Notes: generated from the letters alone by a model not told the origin. Counted from the first letter of the stretch, positions 1 through 33,658 are shown. The stretch is 64,000 nt of DNA from Amoebidium appalachense (GCA_963693365.1 CAVNZM010000009.1:5152245-5216244); one strand, 5' to 3'. Numbers and translations are program-made.

Positions 1-959
1 TTTGTGAGTGTGCCAATGTAGTTGCCCAGCGTGGGCACTCCTGCAAAATCCCATATGAGCTCACGTGGAATTTTGTATCATTTGTATGTCCGTAATTTCT
101 AGCAAATTTAAAATCTTGGTGCATCCCTCGGTGTCCGTGTTTGGTATGCATATATCCTAGTTGAAATCAAATATTGCACATATTCCCGTACATCATACAT
201 CCATGTATAGGTGAAGTAACCGTTTTAACCGCATATATGTGGACAACATTTGACCATATATGGGAAGAATAAACTGTGAACTATATACACGAGTGTAATT
301 CCTGTTCGAATCCGGTGCCAAGTTAACAACACAACTATCCGAATATTCTCTACTATGAAGAAAAAAAGGCACCAAATTATCCCCAAAAAGCTTTATTATC
401 TATGTCCTTTTCTTGGCATGACGTCAATATGACCTCTATTTCACGTCATATTGTCTTCATTTCAAACGCGTAATCAGTCGGCGATCACCAGTGTCCCAAG
501 TGCAATGATTGGTTTTGCCCACATATGTTAGTGTCCATTTTTGGCATCTGTCACGCCAAAATAACGACTAACCCCTGGGTCAGTTGTGATTTTGTATTGG
601 CTGTAAACAACGGAAACATGGGTGTAGTCCCACGGGAGAAATACATGGGTAATCTCCTTTCACATTTCACCTTGTCTCCCACTTGCCCCTGTGTACTCCC
701 TGCCTTTCCCCTGATTCATCCGTCCCATCCACCCCCCCCCCCCCCCCCCCCGCCCCCCCTCTCCCCACTCACCACCACCTGTAACTCTTCCCCACCATCA
801 CCACCTCCCATCTCCCTTCAACCTTCCCTCCCCTCCCCTTCTCGCCCTTCCCCTGCCACCACCTCCCATCCCTCTCTCTCAACCCTTCCCGCCCCTTACC
901 GAGAGTCTTCCCCGCCACTACCACTGCACCCACCCGTCCTGCCTTCCACCAAACCTTAC

Positions 960-1054
<95 letters not shown>

Positions 1055-1509
1055 AAAAAAGAAAAGAAAAGAAAGAAAGAAAGGGGGGGCAAAAAAAAAG
1101 AAAAGGAAGAAAGAAGGAAAGAAAATCGAGGGGGACGTAGTAAAAAAAAAAAGAAACACTAAAGCTTGCCTCTACCATTATATCCTGCTTTTCTCAAAAA
1201 GAACATGCATCAGTTTCCTCCTATCCAACCTACCGTGCCTAGTATTAAGCACAGAAAAAGACAAACCAAATTTCCACTGTGCGCGCATATCCACTGAGTT
1301 ACCTGTTGGTTGAATACCGGAGAAGATCAACCGTTTTTTCTTTTCACCGCTCTGGTCAGTACTAAGCGAACGATATCTCACCGCACTGGCCTGTGGGGTG
1401 TGTTTTTTTTTGTGTGTGTGCGTGTAGATGTGCATGTGTGGATATGTGCGCGCACGTGTGGCCGTGCAAGCACGTGTGTGTGCACGAGCGCTTGCACGTG
1501 TGTTTGTGT

Positions 1510-1576
<67 letters not shown>

Positions 1577-2971
1577 TGTGTGTTTGTGTGTGTGTGTGTT
1601 TGGGCTTGAGTGTGTGCGTGTGTGTGCGTCAAAAGGCGGAATACAGTGGGAAGGAACGACCAGATCATATCTGCAGAAGTGCAAAAAAAAAAAAAAAAAA
1701 AAAAAAAGAAAAATAAGCTGTGCCCAACCTCACGGAGGTCTCAAGTCATACAAGAGAGATCCGGTCACCCTACTTGGGAACACCTTTTTTTCCTGACCGT
1801 CTATGGGTCACTTGCACACACACACAAGCACCTGTGCGTGCGTGTACACACGAGTGCGGCACAAGCAGGCAAAATGCATCACAATCATAACACGAATAAG
1901 CAAATGCACATGCACACCAGCATGCTGTAAGTACAAACACATCGGCATAGAGGCGCACGCACTAGCGCACATCAAAAACAAGCAGACATGCACAGACCTA
2001 CATCCTGTCAGTGGCCCTGCAAATCAAACGGACAGAAACACGTGCTAAATCCAGCAAGATGTAAGACTTACAATAAGGCTAGGCGGGGCCCTCGCCGCCA
2101 CCATCGAAACTTTCGAAAGCATTTTCTTTGATCCGACGTCTCAACGGAGAAAAAGAGTATCGAAAAACCGGGACATGTGCCAAAACACACAAAACCCGCT
2201 ACCAGTCAATGCCCGAACAAGCTTACAAAGAAAGACGCCAACTCTGGAATATTGTATAGCTTGTACAAGTGTGCCCAGTTTCACTATGAATCTAACGAGT
2301 GTCTCTTCTGTTCAATCTAGAGGCTAGAGCTCTAAGTTGCTCGTTTCGCTCTTTTCATACCCTTGGCTCGGCTGCACCGGACATGTGGCTTGGGCCTCAC
2401 TGCAAGTTGGCGCCAAAAATCCCTTGCCGAGATGTGATTGGCCCAAGTATTAATAATATTCAAATATGGTAAGTGTGCATGCTTACGATTGGTTGGCTTG
2501 CTTGGGCCGGCCGGCCGGCGCGAAACATCGACGGTTGTATGTACCCTTTGGTGTTTCAAAAAAACTTTCACCTTGTTTGTGGAACAGAGGAACATCGGGG
2601 ATCAATTGGTGGTGTAATGTAGAGTAATCTGAGGATATATGTATGTGTTTTTCAGCGCATAAGTCCCTTACCTTTGACCTCTTTCAGGTCAACACGTGAA
2701 CGAGGAGAACAAACCTCACAGAATGTGGTTGTGTACATATATTATTTTCGGTGACTGAGGCATCAAGGCCGGCCTCTGTTTTGTCTGAACTTAGCCTTTA
2801 ACGCAGCGTGATACACTTTGGTTTCTACGTTTGAGTATGCTGAACTAAGAAATTTTTTGGCACTGTAGCACGCAAGGATCTTTAGTTGTAACCATTTCAG
2901 AGAATTTACAACAGCTATTACCTAGTTCACTGTTCAGCCTCCCCCATCGACCTGTGCATTTTTCTGCCAAC

Positions 2972-14298
<11,327 letters not shown>

Positions 14299-14382
14299 AA
14301 TTTTACGTTACTTCGCGATGTCATCGACAATGATCCGGAACGAATCTCGTCCCACGTTCCTTATTTGGTCTTCCACATATGG

Positions 14383-14585
<203 letters not shown>

Positions 14586-16027
14586 TCGGATTCCGATGTC
14601 CCTGAGTAGGTCAATGACATTAACCTTAAAAAACAATTGTATGAATGTATTCGATCAGAGCGGGGAATCAGTACTTGGGTTGAAATTGCTTCGTTTCATG
14701 TATGCACACGAACTTGTTTTTAGTTTCCGCTTCAAAATTTATGTACGCTGCACGTTGTTTTGTTAATGCATGTGTGGAAAACATAATGGTATGCGTGGTG
14801 ATGGTGGCATATACATAAGGCTAAAAACAGGTTTAAGGAGCCCAGGTGTTGCTCGTTTTAGCAGAGCACATGTGTGCATATATATAAGTGAAAACAGTAG
14901 CCATGACACTTTGGAATGTATGTGCATGCATATGTATGTTGAAAGACGAGAATGAGCTTTGCGGGTAAATAAATCTTCTTCCTGCTCGATACGAAACAAA
15001 ACAAAAAGAAAGTCTCGGCTTCTGGTGAACGATTTGCGTGACAAAGGCTTTGCACAAGCATTCAATGATGTGTCTGTGCAGTGTGTGTGCGTACGTGTGT
15101 ATGTGTCTGGATGTCTGTGTGCGTGTTTTTTTTTTTTTTTTTTTTTTTTTTTTGCGGGGAGGGGGGGGGGGGGGCAGCTCCGATGGTGCTTGTGTGTGTG
15201 CGTGTGTGCCTGTGTGTGCCTGTGCGTGCGTATGCGTGTGTGCATATGCACCCACACACACGAACACATGCATGCCACACATACACGTGGACACACCCGC
15301 AGCCGCTCGTCTCAGCAGCTTTTGGCCATATGCATGGGTGTGTTTGGGGGGGGTGGGGGGGGGGGGGGGGGGGGTTCTTATATAAGCGCATAATGCCCGA
15401 TTCCTGCGCCATCTCCAGGTGTTTTTGTATTGTACAATAGCACGACTTGCATTGGAAGTAAAGCTGAAAGGACAACTATAATGCAATATAATTGCTTAGT
15501 GTGTAGTCTCCGACAAAAAAAAAAAAAAAAAAAAAAGGGGGGGGGGGAAATAATAATTTGCACAGATTCGATCACGGGTTACATGTTGAAGAGGTTTACG
15601 CACTATTTACTGCTGCGGACACTGTATGGGGCCCAGCCTCACACGACGGCCTACTGCGTTTTCCAGTGCAGCCAATCAAATTACTCAAACACAGTATACA
15701 GCTAAGGAGCCGAGCAAGCCGAAAGTCATCTTAGTCGAGAGACCCATAAACGGCTAAATCATCTTTAAGCACTTAACACTCTCTCATCCTATTATATAAG
15801 GCTATAAACCATCCTACCATATCAAGCAACATACATCACCCACCTATACTCCAAAAATCTATTTTTGCCCCTTACACGGACCAACCAACCACCAGCTCAA
15901 AATCAAACAACTACCAAAGGTGCCCAGACTCTAAACATCTCGAGCTCATGTGTATGTCCTCTACACAGACCAGCCAACCAGCACGCTTGCAGTCCCACCA
16001 TAAAAGGCTAATTTTTTTTTACCCACA

Positions 16028-16320
16028 CTACCTATGGTGCTTAGACTTAGTATCCTGCCCGCTCTTTACAAACCTGCTCTGAATTTCCAAAATCCCAACA
16101 GACTGGCCGGCCTTTTCATCGTATTCTGTCCACTCCTTTTCCGTCAGGTCGATGTCTTCAAAAACGGTGCCGCTCTCCGTCCCCTTGCACTGAAATCCGC
16201 TCTGTTGGTGTGCACGCAGAAAAACGTTGTTGCGAGTTTATTATTATATTATACATTTTTAAGTGGTGCTTTTGAGTCAATCTATATGAGCGTTTGAGGA
16301 GGGGAGGGAGGGGGGGGGGG

Positions 16321-16356
<36 letters not shown>

Positions 16357-16468
16357 AGGAAAAGGAGGGGGAGGGGGTATACCACAACCCATAACCCTTC
16401 AATGAGAACCTCTCGACAAACACACACAGAGACACAATTGGCACGAACGCACGCACCGGTGCGCCCGC

Positions 16469-16508
<40 letters not shown>

Positions 16509-17450
16509 TCCATCCCCCCGCCCAAGTGGCGCCTACACACGAAACAACACCATAGACTACAAGCACAGGAGTACGAAGTTTTCCTTGTATGTTATTGTGT
16601 CGATGTGGGATGTGTGTGTGTGCATGTGTTGAAAGGGCGGGCAACAGAATGTTCCCAATTTGGAAAAGGAGTGGGGTGGGGTGTGTGTTGGGGGGGGGGA
16701 GGGGGGGGGGGAGGGGGGGTGAGGGGGGGGGGGGGGGGGGGAGGGGAAAGGGGGGGGGGGGGGGGGGGGGGGGGAGAATGCATTTGCGGGGATGTGCGAC
16801 TCAGCATCTGACAAGCATGGAAGTAAGCGCTCACAACAACATAAGCCAACAACAGGAAGAAAAAGAAAAAAAGAGACAAGGGGAAAGGGGGAAAAAAGAA
16901 ACAGAAACCATCCAAGCAACTGTGCAGGCAGGATATGCGAACAGTGCCCAATGTAACACGCCGGGGAGGGAGAGGGGAGGGGGAGGGGTGGAGGGAGGAA
17001 GGGGGGACGTTATATGCGACATAAAGCACGGGGTACACATTCACAACGGACAACACAATGCAGGGGGAGGGGAGGAGGGGGGGGGGGGGGGGGCGGGTCC
17101 ATTACGCGTGGCTCGAAATCGAAGGGCTCGACGCCGCGGCAGTCCAGAGTGAGGATGGATGCAAACTGGCCACTGTGATCGGCAGTGTAGGCACGCCCAG
17201 ACCCATCAATTATGTCTGCATAGTGAATTTCACATTAGAACCCCCCCTTAGAAAAAAGCTGTATTGGCTTTGATTGCTTTCACTACGGCCAGAACCACTA
17301 TTCACGTTTGAGTGTTTATGTTCACAATGGTCTCCCCCATACCCCCCCCCCCCCCCCCACCTTTCCCCCTTCCCCCCCCCCCCCCCCCCCAAAAAAAAAA
17401 AAAAAAAAAAAAAAAAGATCCACGTCTGCCCGACGCAATTGACAATAGAA

Positions 17451-17483
<33 letters not shown>

Positions 17484-18804
17484 AAGTAAGAAAAAACAAA
17501 AAGAAGACCCATTTTGGCTGTGTTTACATACAAAATGAAAAATTACCACATATCCAGCAAATCTCGTTTCCACTTACGGTTCACAGACTATTTCCTACTG
17601 CTCTGGCACTCACCCAACAAGGATAAATAAAGGAAACTAGAGGAAGGCGCAAACAGTAAATAAATGTGAGCTCTGAGGTGCTTGTGTGTGTAAGTTTTTT
17701 TTTTGTGGCGGGGGGAGGTGGTGGAGGGGGGGGGGGAGGTATTAAGCATGAATGTTGTTTGGACGTGGTTGTGCATCTGCGCCCCCCCTCCCCCCCCCCC
17801 CCCCCCCCCCCCCCCCCCTTCCCCCCCCTCTCCCCTAAACACACACAAACTTACACATAACTCCCCCCCCCCCCCCCCCCCCCCTTTCTCCCCCAGCAAG
17901 CACACACACAAACCCCACAATTGCCCCCACCACCTTCACAATCACTACCACATCTCCCTCCAGTGTGTAAGTGTCCACGGGGCCCCGGGGCAGGGGGGGG
18001 GGGTTTGAATGCGTCAAGAAGTACGAAGTACACAAGAACAAACGGATAACACGATGCAGAATGCAAGCCATACATAAAGAGTATGCATAATAAGCAGAGC
18101 CCATCCTCAGGGGGGGCCCACGTCATCCACAGTACCCGAGTTTCGACCTATTCCCCTCGTTAACGAAACCCAACTCAGATACTGTTTCACTTGAACATGA
18201 GTAGGTCACCCGTCTTGATCAGAGACGAGCAGGGTTGCTTATGCAGGCAAGGGCAGTGGGAAAGGCCGGGGGTTAAAGTTGCAGCAGTAAGCAGAAGCAA
18301 GAAAAATATAGATAGGAACTCAGGAGACGGGGCTTCTAGGAAGCTCCCCCGTCGATACCTAAGTCGATACTTCCCTGGCTAACATACTACACCAGCTGAA
18401 AAGAATTAAGTCCCGAAGGCCGCAGAATTCGTAATCAGAGGGGAAAATATGAGATTTGACCCACGCCGCAGGGTAGTAACACGCTTACTAGGGCGGAACT
18501 TTATCGTCTTCGAACGGAAAGCTATGCCCCCGGATGTCAGCCGGAAATATGGGATCACCCATTGCTTTGGGCTTGAAAAAAGCCAAACCGATAGTCCGAG
18601 TTATGTTACGCCGGCGGGTAACATGCCGCATGGGTTCCAAGGGAGCTGTCGCCAACAGAGCGGTGTGTGCATGCGTGCGCGTAACGCAATGTGTGAAGTG
18701 TGTCTATAGCTATGAAAGGGGGTATGCAGAAGTGGACAGATGAAGTGTGTGGAGAGAAAAACAGTAAGAAGAAAAGTAGACACCGGTATGTGCAACCCCG
18801 CACA

Positions 18805-18843
<39 letters not shown>

Positions 18844-18962
18844 AATAAGCGAAGATTACAGGTAATCAACCAGAACAACAAATGACAAGCAAAACAACAG
18901 GCACCAAAAAAAAAAAAAAAAAAAAAAATAAATAAATAAATAAAGGAAAAAAAAAAAGGAAG

Positions 18963-19054
<92 letters not shown>

Positions 19055-19920
19055 AGAGAGGGAGAGAGAGAGAGAGAGAGAGAGAAGGTGGGGGGGGGGG
19101 GGGGGAGGGGAGGGGGAGGGGGAGGGGGTCTTAGGGATGCTGCAGAATCGTCAGATATTAGACAAATCGTACCAATACGATCATTCTCTCATATATGTGA
19201 GAAGATTGTGACTAACGATGTGCAGAGCTGGTTAAGACCTGTTGAGTGTGCAGAGAAAATGGGAGGGGGAAGGAGGGAGGGAAAGGGGGGGGGGGGGGGG
19301 GGGGAGGGGGGGGGGGGGTTTTGAATGCGTTAAAAAGTACGAAGTACACAAGAACAAACGGATAACACGATGCAGAATGCAAGCCATACATAAAGAGTAT
19401 GCATAATAAGCAGAGCCCATCCTCAGGGGGGGCCACGTCATCCACAGGGGGGGGGGGGGGGGGGGGAAGTAAGAGAGGGGAGGGAATGTTAGAGTGTCAG
19501 TAGTCTCAGGGGACCCTGCAGAGTCGTTAGATGTCAGACAAAAACGCACCAACGACCAAGTTCTCCGAGGGGAGAAATGCGTAAAACGTTCTGCAGAGTG
19601 GGTTAGAGACCTGCTGATGAGAAGAGTGTATACAGGGTTTGGCCAGGGGGGGGGGGGGGGATCAAGGGCCAAAGGGGGAGGGGGAGGGGGGAAGGAAGGG
19701 GGGAGTGAATGTTGTTACCAATGGAATTGACCCTGTTGCAGAGGGGACACTTTGTGACAATGTTGGCCTCCCCCTTGCCCCCCGGTACAGGCAGCTTCTC
19801 CTGGTTGGTGCATGGTCGTAAGCTACTGCGTTGCTACAATCTGCATCCATAGCCTTCCCCCCCCCCCCCCCCCCCCACACCCACCCACCCAAACACACAC
19901 CCACACACACAACATGTCCT

Positions 19921-19996
<76 letters not shown>

Positions 19997-22166
19997 CAGT
20001 TACACACGACCCATTCATGCCCCCCTTTCCCCTTCCCGCATTCCCTCTCATCTCTTTTCCTGCAGCAAATGTTAGCCTCGCCATCCCCCTGGCCTCCCCA
20101 GCCCCTTCCCCATCCTACCCCCTCCCCCTCGACTCTCCCTGCCTCCCTCCCTCTCTCCCTGCCTCCCTCCCTCTCTCCCTGCCTCCCTCCCTCTCTCCCT
20201 GCCCCCCTCTCCCTCACAAGCACGTGTGCCGATTGGGTAGGCATTTGTGGAAGAGCGGAGGCGCGGAAGGGGGGGGGGGGGGAGGAGGGGGGACGAGGGG
20301 AGGGAGGGGGGGGGAGTAAGACGTGTAAGCTGAGCATTCAAGCGGTCGGAGGAACAGAGGGAAAGTGAGGGAAATTGAGATGGACCGTGGGTTGGGGGAA
20401 GGGGGGGGGGGGGGGGGGGGGGGGGCTCTATGGTATTGATACGAAATGCAAGTACCAAGTTAAGACGAACAGCATAATGCAGACGTCAAAAAAAGAAAAG
20501 AAGAACGCACACAGAGCATTCGGGGAGCTGGAGGGGGAGGGGGGGGGGGGGGGGTAGGTTAAGGAGAAGAAGGGGGAGGGAAGGGCGGAGGAGGAGAAAG
20601 AAGGGGGGAGGGTTGGGGGGAGGGGGGAAGGGGGTAATCACGGCCAGTGTGCAGTAGACCCATTTGTCATTCTCCTCCCCACAGTTGCCACAGCGGATCT
20701 GCGCACGGTGGACGGAATTAGAAGGGGTTGGAGAAGGGGGTAAAGCAGACTTCTCTTTCAGCTGTCTCTAACGTGTTTATAGACAAACACCTAAAGCCGC
20801 AAAAGACCAAATGCGCCCCCCCCCCCCCCCCCCCCCCTTCTTCCACCGCGTGTCACCCCCGTCCCCCCCCTCCTCATCCTTCCTCCCCTCCCGCCTCCCC
20901 CCGCCCCACACCACCACCACCACACATTCCCTCGTTTCCACCCATTTATACAAAACTGGGGCAAAACATGCAAAACACAACCCTAGCCATCTCACAAACA
21001 GGTCACACCCCATTCCCATGTTGGTACCCAACCACCTTGAAGTACCAGCGGAATTCGTCTCCATGGGCAATCAGATCAGTTATGTTCTCAAGGTCAGCCT
21101 TGAGCTGAAGGTCGAGGATCTGGATGACATGTCGCGTGTCAATCGGGTGTGTCAAGTTATCAAGAAAAGGATTACAGGATAAGCTTGTAGGATTCAGCAG
21201 TAAGCAGAAAGGGAAAGAGAGGGGAGGGGTGCTGTGGGTTGAAGGGGCGGGGAGGGGGGGCGGGGGGGGGGGGGGGGGAAGTGGGGAAGGCATAGATGGA
21301 GAAGGGGATAGCATTCAGCCAAGTGAGGTATGAAGGATGGCAGCGCGTGCGGAACACATGACAAAAGCCTGAACGCCTATTTGCGTAGACATTCAAGTGC
21401 GCAGTCGCGCACAATTAATCGCCCATATCATTCGTCCTTACACACCCGCACGCATACGCACGCACAGGTACACACCCACGCACACCCACACACTCTCTCT
21501 CTCTGTGTGTGTGTGTGTGCGCGGGTGTCTCTATCTCTTCTCCCCCACCCCCCCCTCTCTTTCACTCTCTCTCTCTCTCTCATACTCTCTTCCCCCCCAT
21601 TACCTCCCCCCTCCCCCCTTTTCTCTTCCTATCTCTCTCCCTCCCTCCCTCCCTCCCTCCCCCTCGACCTCCTCTCCCCATCCTCTAAACAGTGAACAAA
21701 AGGATGGGCACACCAAGATGTATCTGCCCATACCTCTTTTTTCCTCCCACTTTATCACACATACAATTTCCCTGTGTCTTTTTGGTCCTCCTTGTCTTCC
21801 TTCCCCCTCTCTCCTTCCTCCCCTCATCATGTACTCTCAGATACAATAGAAAACTATCTTGCTTTCTCTTCTCCCTCCCTTTTTCCTCCCTCCCGTTCAC
21901 CCTCCCACCCTCTCCTCCGCCCCTCCCCCTCCGCCTCTTCCTCTTACCTTCAGCCCCCTCTCGTCTACCTCCCTCTCTCCGTCCCTCCCTCTCTCTTTCT
22001 CTCCCGCACTCTAGCTCTCGCTCGCCCCCTCCCCCCCCCCCCCCCCCCCCCCCCCGCCCGGGGGCTCTCCTCCCCCCACCCCTCACCCCCCAGGCTCATG
22101 CACCCACGAGCACGAAAACGATGGGGCTTGATACACGTATGTTTGAGTAGGTTGCCATACCGTCAT
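16028..22166 (-). CDS. CZIB: CXXC motif-containing zinc-binding protein (UPF0587/DUF866, C1orf123 homolog), 6 exons, ~170 aa
   Basis: Exons 22166-22161, 21119-21036, 20698-20642, 19800-19719, 17215-17106, 16201-16028, with consistent phases. The translation MTILDLQLKADLENITDL..DEFRWYFKIRCGNCGE..KCPLCNRVNSID..DCRGVEPFDFEPR..SGTVFEDIDLTEKEWTEYDEKAGQSVGI matches the motif pattern of human CZIB (LQLKATLENIT, FRWYLK.KCGNCGE, CRGLEP, DWTDYDEKA). Confidence 0.95.
18003..18259 (-). mobile_element. Poly-C-associated structured retroposon-like element, subfamily A
   Basis: Reverse complement is near-identical to 38311-38564; the 3' end abuts a G-run on the + strand. Lies in CZIB intron 4. Confidence 0.8.
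19127..19611. ncRNA. Two related ~110-nt fold-back elements (19127-19239, 19502-19611); candidate intronic structured RNAs or tiny MITEs
   Basis: The two copies align along their length. Each has a terminal stem (GGTCTTA/TAAGACC; AGTCTC/GAGACC), a CTGCA..TGCAG stem and an inner TTCTC..GAGAA hairpin. Confidence 0.4.
19318..19447 (-). mobile_element. 5'-truncated copy of subfamily A
   Basis: Matches the 3' ~130 nt of the 18003 copy; G-runs on both sides. Confidence 0.8.
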
Positions 22167-23075
22167 TTTTTAGCTATTCAACAGGGCCGTGGCTTCTTCA
22201 CCGTGACTCGAGTACACTCGCGTTGCAAGTGAAAACCTTTTTTTGGAAGGCTCAGGCGGCAGCTTCCAGCGGCCGCGCGCGGCAGCCGGGAAAAAAGGGG
22301 GGGCCTTGAACATCCTCGAAATTGCAATACGGGATAGCTGCTGTTAGATACCGAATAAGCAGTGGGAGCCTTTCCTTTTTTCCTTTTCTTTCTTTTCTTT
22401 CTTTTTTCCTTTTATTTTGGCCCCTTAGTTTTTGCCTCTGTCCACGGAGAGTACTGTTTTACCAGAAATGCTACCTTGTAATACTTTTAGCAGTACAGAG
22501 AGAGCCGTCTCCTTCGCTTTTTCTGCACAACAGTTATAGACAGATTTGCAGCTTGATTCAAAAGACCCCCCTGTTTGCGCTAACACACCTTCATCTCCAT
22601 TGGATTACCCGGCACCACAACCAGGGTGTTTTAGGATCACGTACCAGGGCAAAACTTCGGAACATTTTGTACTCTCTACGGTTTTCTCTGTAATTGAAAT
22701 ACCCTTTTCATTCATATTCCGGAAACTTGGACTCATAAACTTCGGACTGTTGTCTTTCTTTGCAACCCTTGACCAAACCGCACCAGCACCGCGCACCCGC
22801 CCGGGGGCCGGCCACTGTGACTCACACTTTACTCATGCACATCACAAGATTTGTATTTGATAGGTCTTCAAGTAGTATAGGTCTTCAAGTAGTATACGTG
22901 CTGAAAAGCTTATTATAGAGAGCAGCTGAACAACCCCGGCTTACACAACACCGTCGCTGTTTCCCTACTTCGCTAGACTTGCCCCCACTAAGCATCTTCT
23001 CTGCGACACAAACCTAATAGGGAATGTAGCTTCAAACCTAGATCTAGTTCAAGATTCCAAACGAGAATTTCAAAG

Positions 23076-31165
<8,090 letters not shown>

Positions 31166-31922
31166 CATAAGGTTGAGCTGGCTATTTCGGCCGGGTTTAC
31201 TAAATATTTGTTACTGAGGCCAGATTTAGATGCCACACGTTGATCATAGTGAATAGATGTATTTTGCGATGATTGATATGTTTCTTCACCTTTTAATAAT
31301 GGCTGGGTAAAAAGCGCAGTGCGCCTGATATACCACATGATGGTCATGGGGTCTCTTCTGGAGGCAGTAGAAATGGAACGAATGATTTTAAATTTAAGCG
31401 CAGCTTCCGATTGGCTGGCTGTCGAACATGAAATGCTTGAGCGGGCGGTTCTTGTGGCAGAAAGGCGGATACGGGAGGATGGGTTGTGGAACGATTGGTT
31501 GTGCTTTTCTGAGGGGGATATTAAACAGTAGCATAAGGTTGAGCTGGCTATTTGGGCCAGGTTTACTAAATATTTGTTACTGAGGCCAGATTTAGATGCC
31601 ACACGTTGATCATAGTGAATAGATGGTATTTTGCGATGATTGATATGTTTCTTCACCTTTTAATAATGGCTGGGTAAAAAGCGCAGTGCGCCTGATCTAA
31701 AATAAAAAAAATCAATTTGACGGAACAAAAACTTCAGCAGTATATACTTTTGCAGAAAATAAGAGGATATCTATCATATTGAACAGAGGTGATCAGTCCA
31801 GAGCTGTGTGTACGAGTGTGCACACAAACACCCACACACGCACGCGCGCGCACACACACACGCACACACGCACACACACACACACGCACGCACACGCACA
31901 CACACACACACGCGCGCACACA

Positions 31923-31984
<62 letters not shown>

Positions 31985-32033
31985 AACAGACACACAGTCT
32001 ATTCTAAGAAATGGCTCAGTGCATATTCAGTAA

Positions 32034-32521
32034 GGGCCTAACCACATCGGCTGAGCCAACTTGCTCCAGCAGAAATATTCTGCAGAAAGCGGAATTATTG
32101 TGCAAAAGGCAGGATTAAGCAGAATTATTCTGAACAAGCAGAAAAATTCTGCCAAAAACAGAATTATTCTGCTTTGATCAGAATCACGCAGCTGCTTTTA
32201 GCAGAATTATTCTGCTGTCGACAGCAGAATAAACCCGCTTCTTTCTGAATAATTCTGCTAAAAGCAGAGTGATTCTGCTCAAAGCAGAATAATTCTGCTT
32301 ATTCTGCGATTCTGCTTTTTGCAGAATAGATCTGCTTTTTACAGAATAATAGGCTGCTTTTGCAGAATAATTGTGCCTTTTGTAGAATAATTCCACTTCT
32401 TGCAGAACTTTCGGATTTATTCTGCTTTCTGCCAGTGAATTGTGGAAGAATAATTCCACTTTTTGCAGATTAACTTTCAAATTGCTTTTTTCAGGTTGAC
32501 TCTGCCGATGTCTTTGGGCCA
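32034..32521. mobile_element. PIF/Harbinger-type (Tourist-like) MITE with internal palindromic GCAGAAT(T/A)ATTCTGC arrays
   Basis: Imperfect 18-bp TIRs (GGGCCTAACCACATCGGC / GCCGATGTCTTTGGGCCA) flanked by TAA on both sides. The interior is built from many degenerate GCAGAAT..ATTCTGC units. Confidence 0.75.
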
Positions 32522-32642
32522 TAACTGAATACGTGCATTTTAAATATCACCGTGTCGTTGCCCTGCATGTGTATCAGTCTCAACCAGTAACCGGAGTCTT
32601 TCTACTTACTTTATATATGTGCCATACGCGTACAACTGTACA

Positions 32643-33538
32643 TGTTGGAATACGTCACTACGTAGTACAGCAAGAGTCTTGAAGTATGTGTGTGTGTCTT
32701 AGCCTTGTTTGTATTCGTGTCTGCTCTTCTTCTTTGTGCTCTCCCCCTTCTCTCCCTTTTGCTCCTTCCCCCCCCCCCCCCCTCTCCCCCTCCCCCTCCC
32801 TTCCCCCCCCCCCCCCCCCCCTATCCCTCTCTCCCTTGTTTCTGTGTGCACGGATATCTGTAGATCTGTGCACACCTGGCTCCCTTGCCTGATAGGACTT
32901 ATTGCATTTTATCTGTGTTTGCTCTCCTCTGTTTTCCTGAGAGTAGTGTGATTGGCTAGCTATATTCGTTGTCTTTGTTTTAGTTCAAAGTAGGATGACT
33001 CACCGATAGACGCGAGTGAGTACATCTATAGATCGTGATGTGCATTCCTGTCTATTAATATACGTGTTATGATTGGACACATTAGATATGTTTGGAATTC
33101 GTTTTTATTGTGATGTGTCTTCACTTTAAGAGTCACACGGTGTCGACTATTAGGAAGTATACTGATGTATTTAGATGAGTTTCCTTATAGAGACGAGTAT
33201 AAATATTTATTTGTATTAATAGTGACAAGTTGTATAATTTACTTAAGTTATTTAAGTAAGAGTTTCTAAGCTTCAGTTGTGTCGGAAGTTGGAATGTGTA
33301 TGCTCTGTTGGAATGTAATTTTCTATCATCTGAAGGAACCGATTGGTTCTCTTCTTTTAGTTGAGATATGATGATAAATGGCCAGTACAAAAAGGCCCGA
33401 GAGCACAATAAAAGTTAGTTGTTATTGAAATCTTCTAAGTGTCGTGAACAACTCCAATTGCCCTCTCTTTATTGTGTTGGTCGTGTTTTACATGACACCT
33501 CTGTGCACTCTGCTCCCTTAGACCCGTACAAAACAACA
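32643..33538 (+). mobile_element. Probable 5' LTR of a Ty1/copia element (alternative start at 33306)
   Basis: TGTTG...CAACA inverted termini (TGTTGGAAT occurs at 32643 and 33306). Immediately followed by the PBS-like GGTTAAAGGCCC (33539-33550) and the gag ORF. No matching 3' LTR was found in the window. Confidence 0.55.
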
Positions 33539-33658
33539 GGTTAAAGGCCCATTTTCGCACCGTCTCTCGCAACACATTTTCTCGCTGCAATCGAAACTAT
33601 TCAAATTTGAATACCGATCTGATCTCTCTCCTGCGCATTGTCTGACTGATCGGTCAAC

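Noticed and set aside
480-2330. Possible exons of an upstream gene (e.g. ..PREKYMG/gtaat at ~648)
   Set aside because: No recognisable domain, and no consistent exon chain could be assembled.
20811-21182. Plus-strand ORF that looks coding
   Set aside because: It is the antisense shadow of CZIB exon 2.
32060-32470. CRISPR-like array
   Set aside because: The repeats are degenerate with 3-7-nt gaps and no unique spacers or cas genes; they are enclosed by MITE TIRs.
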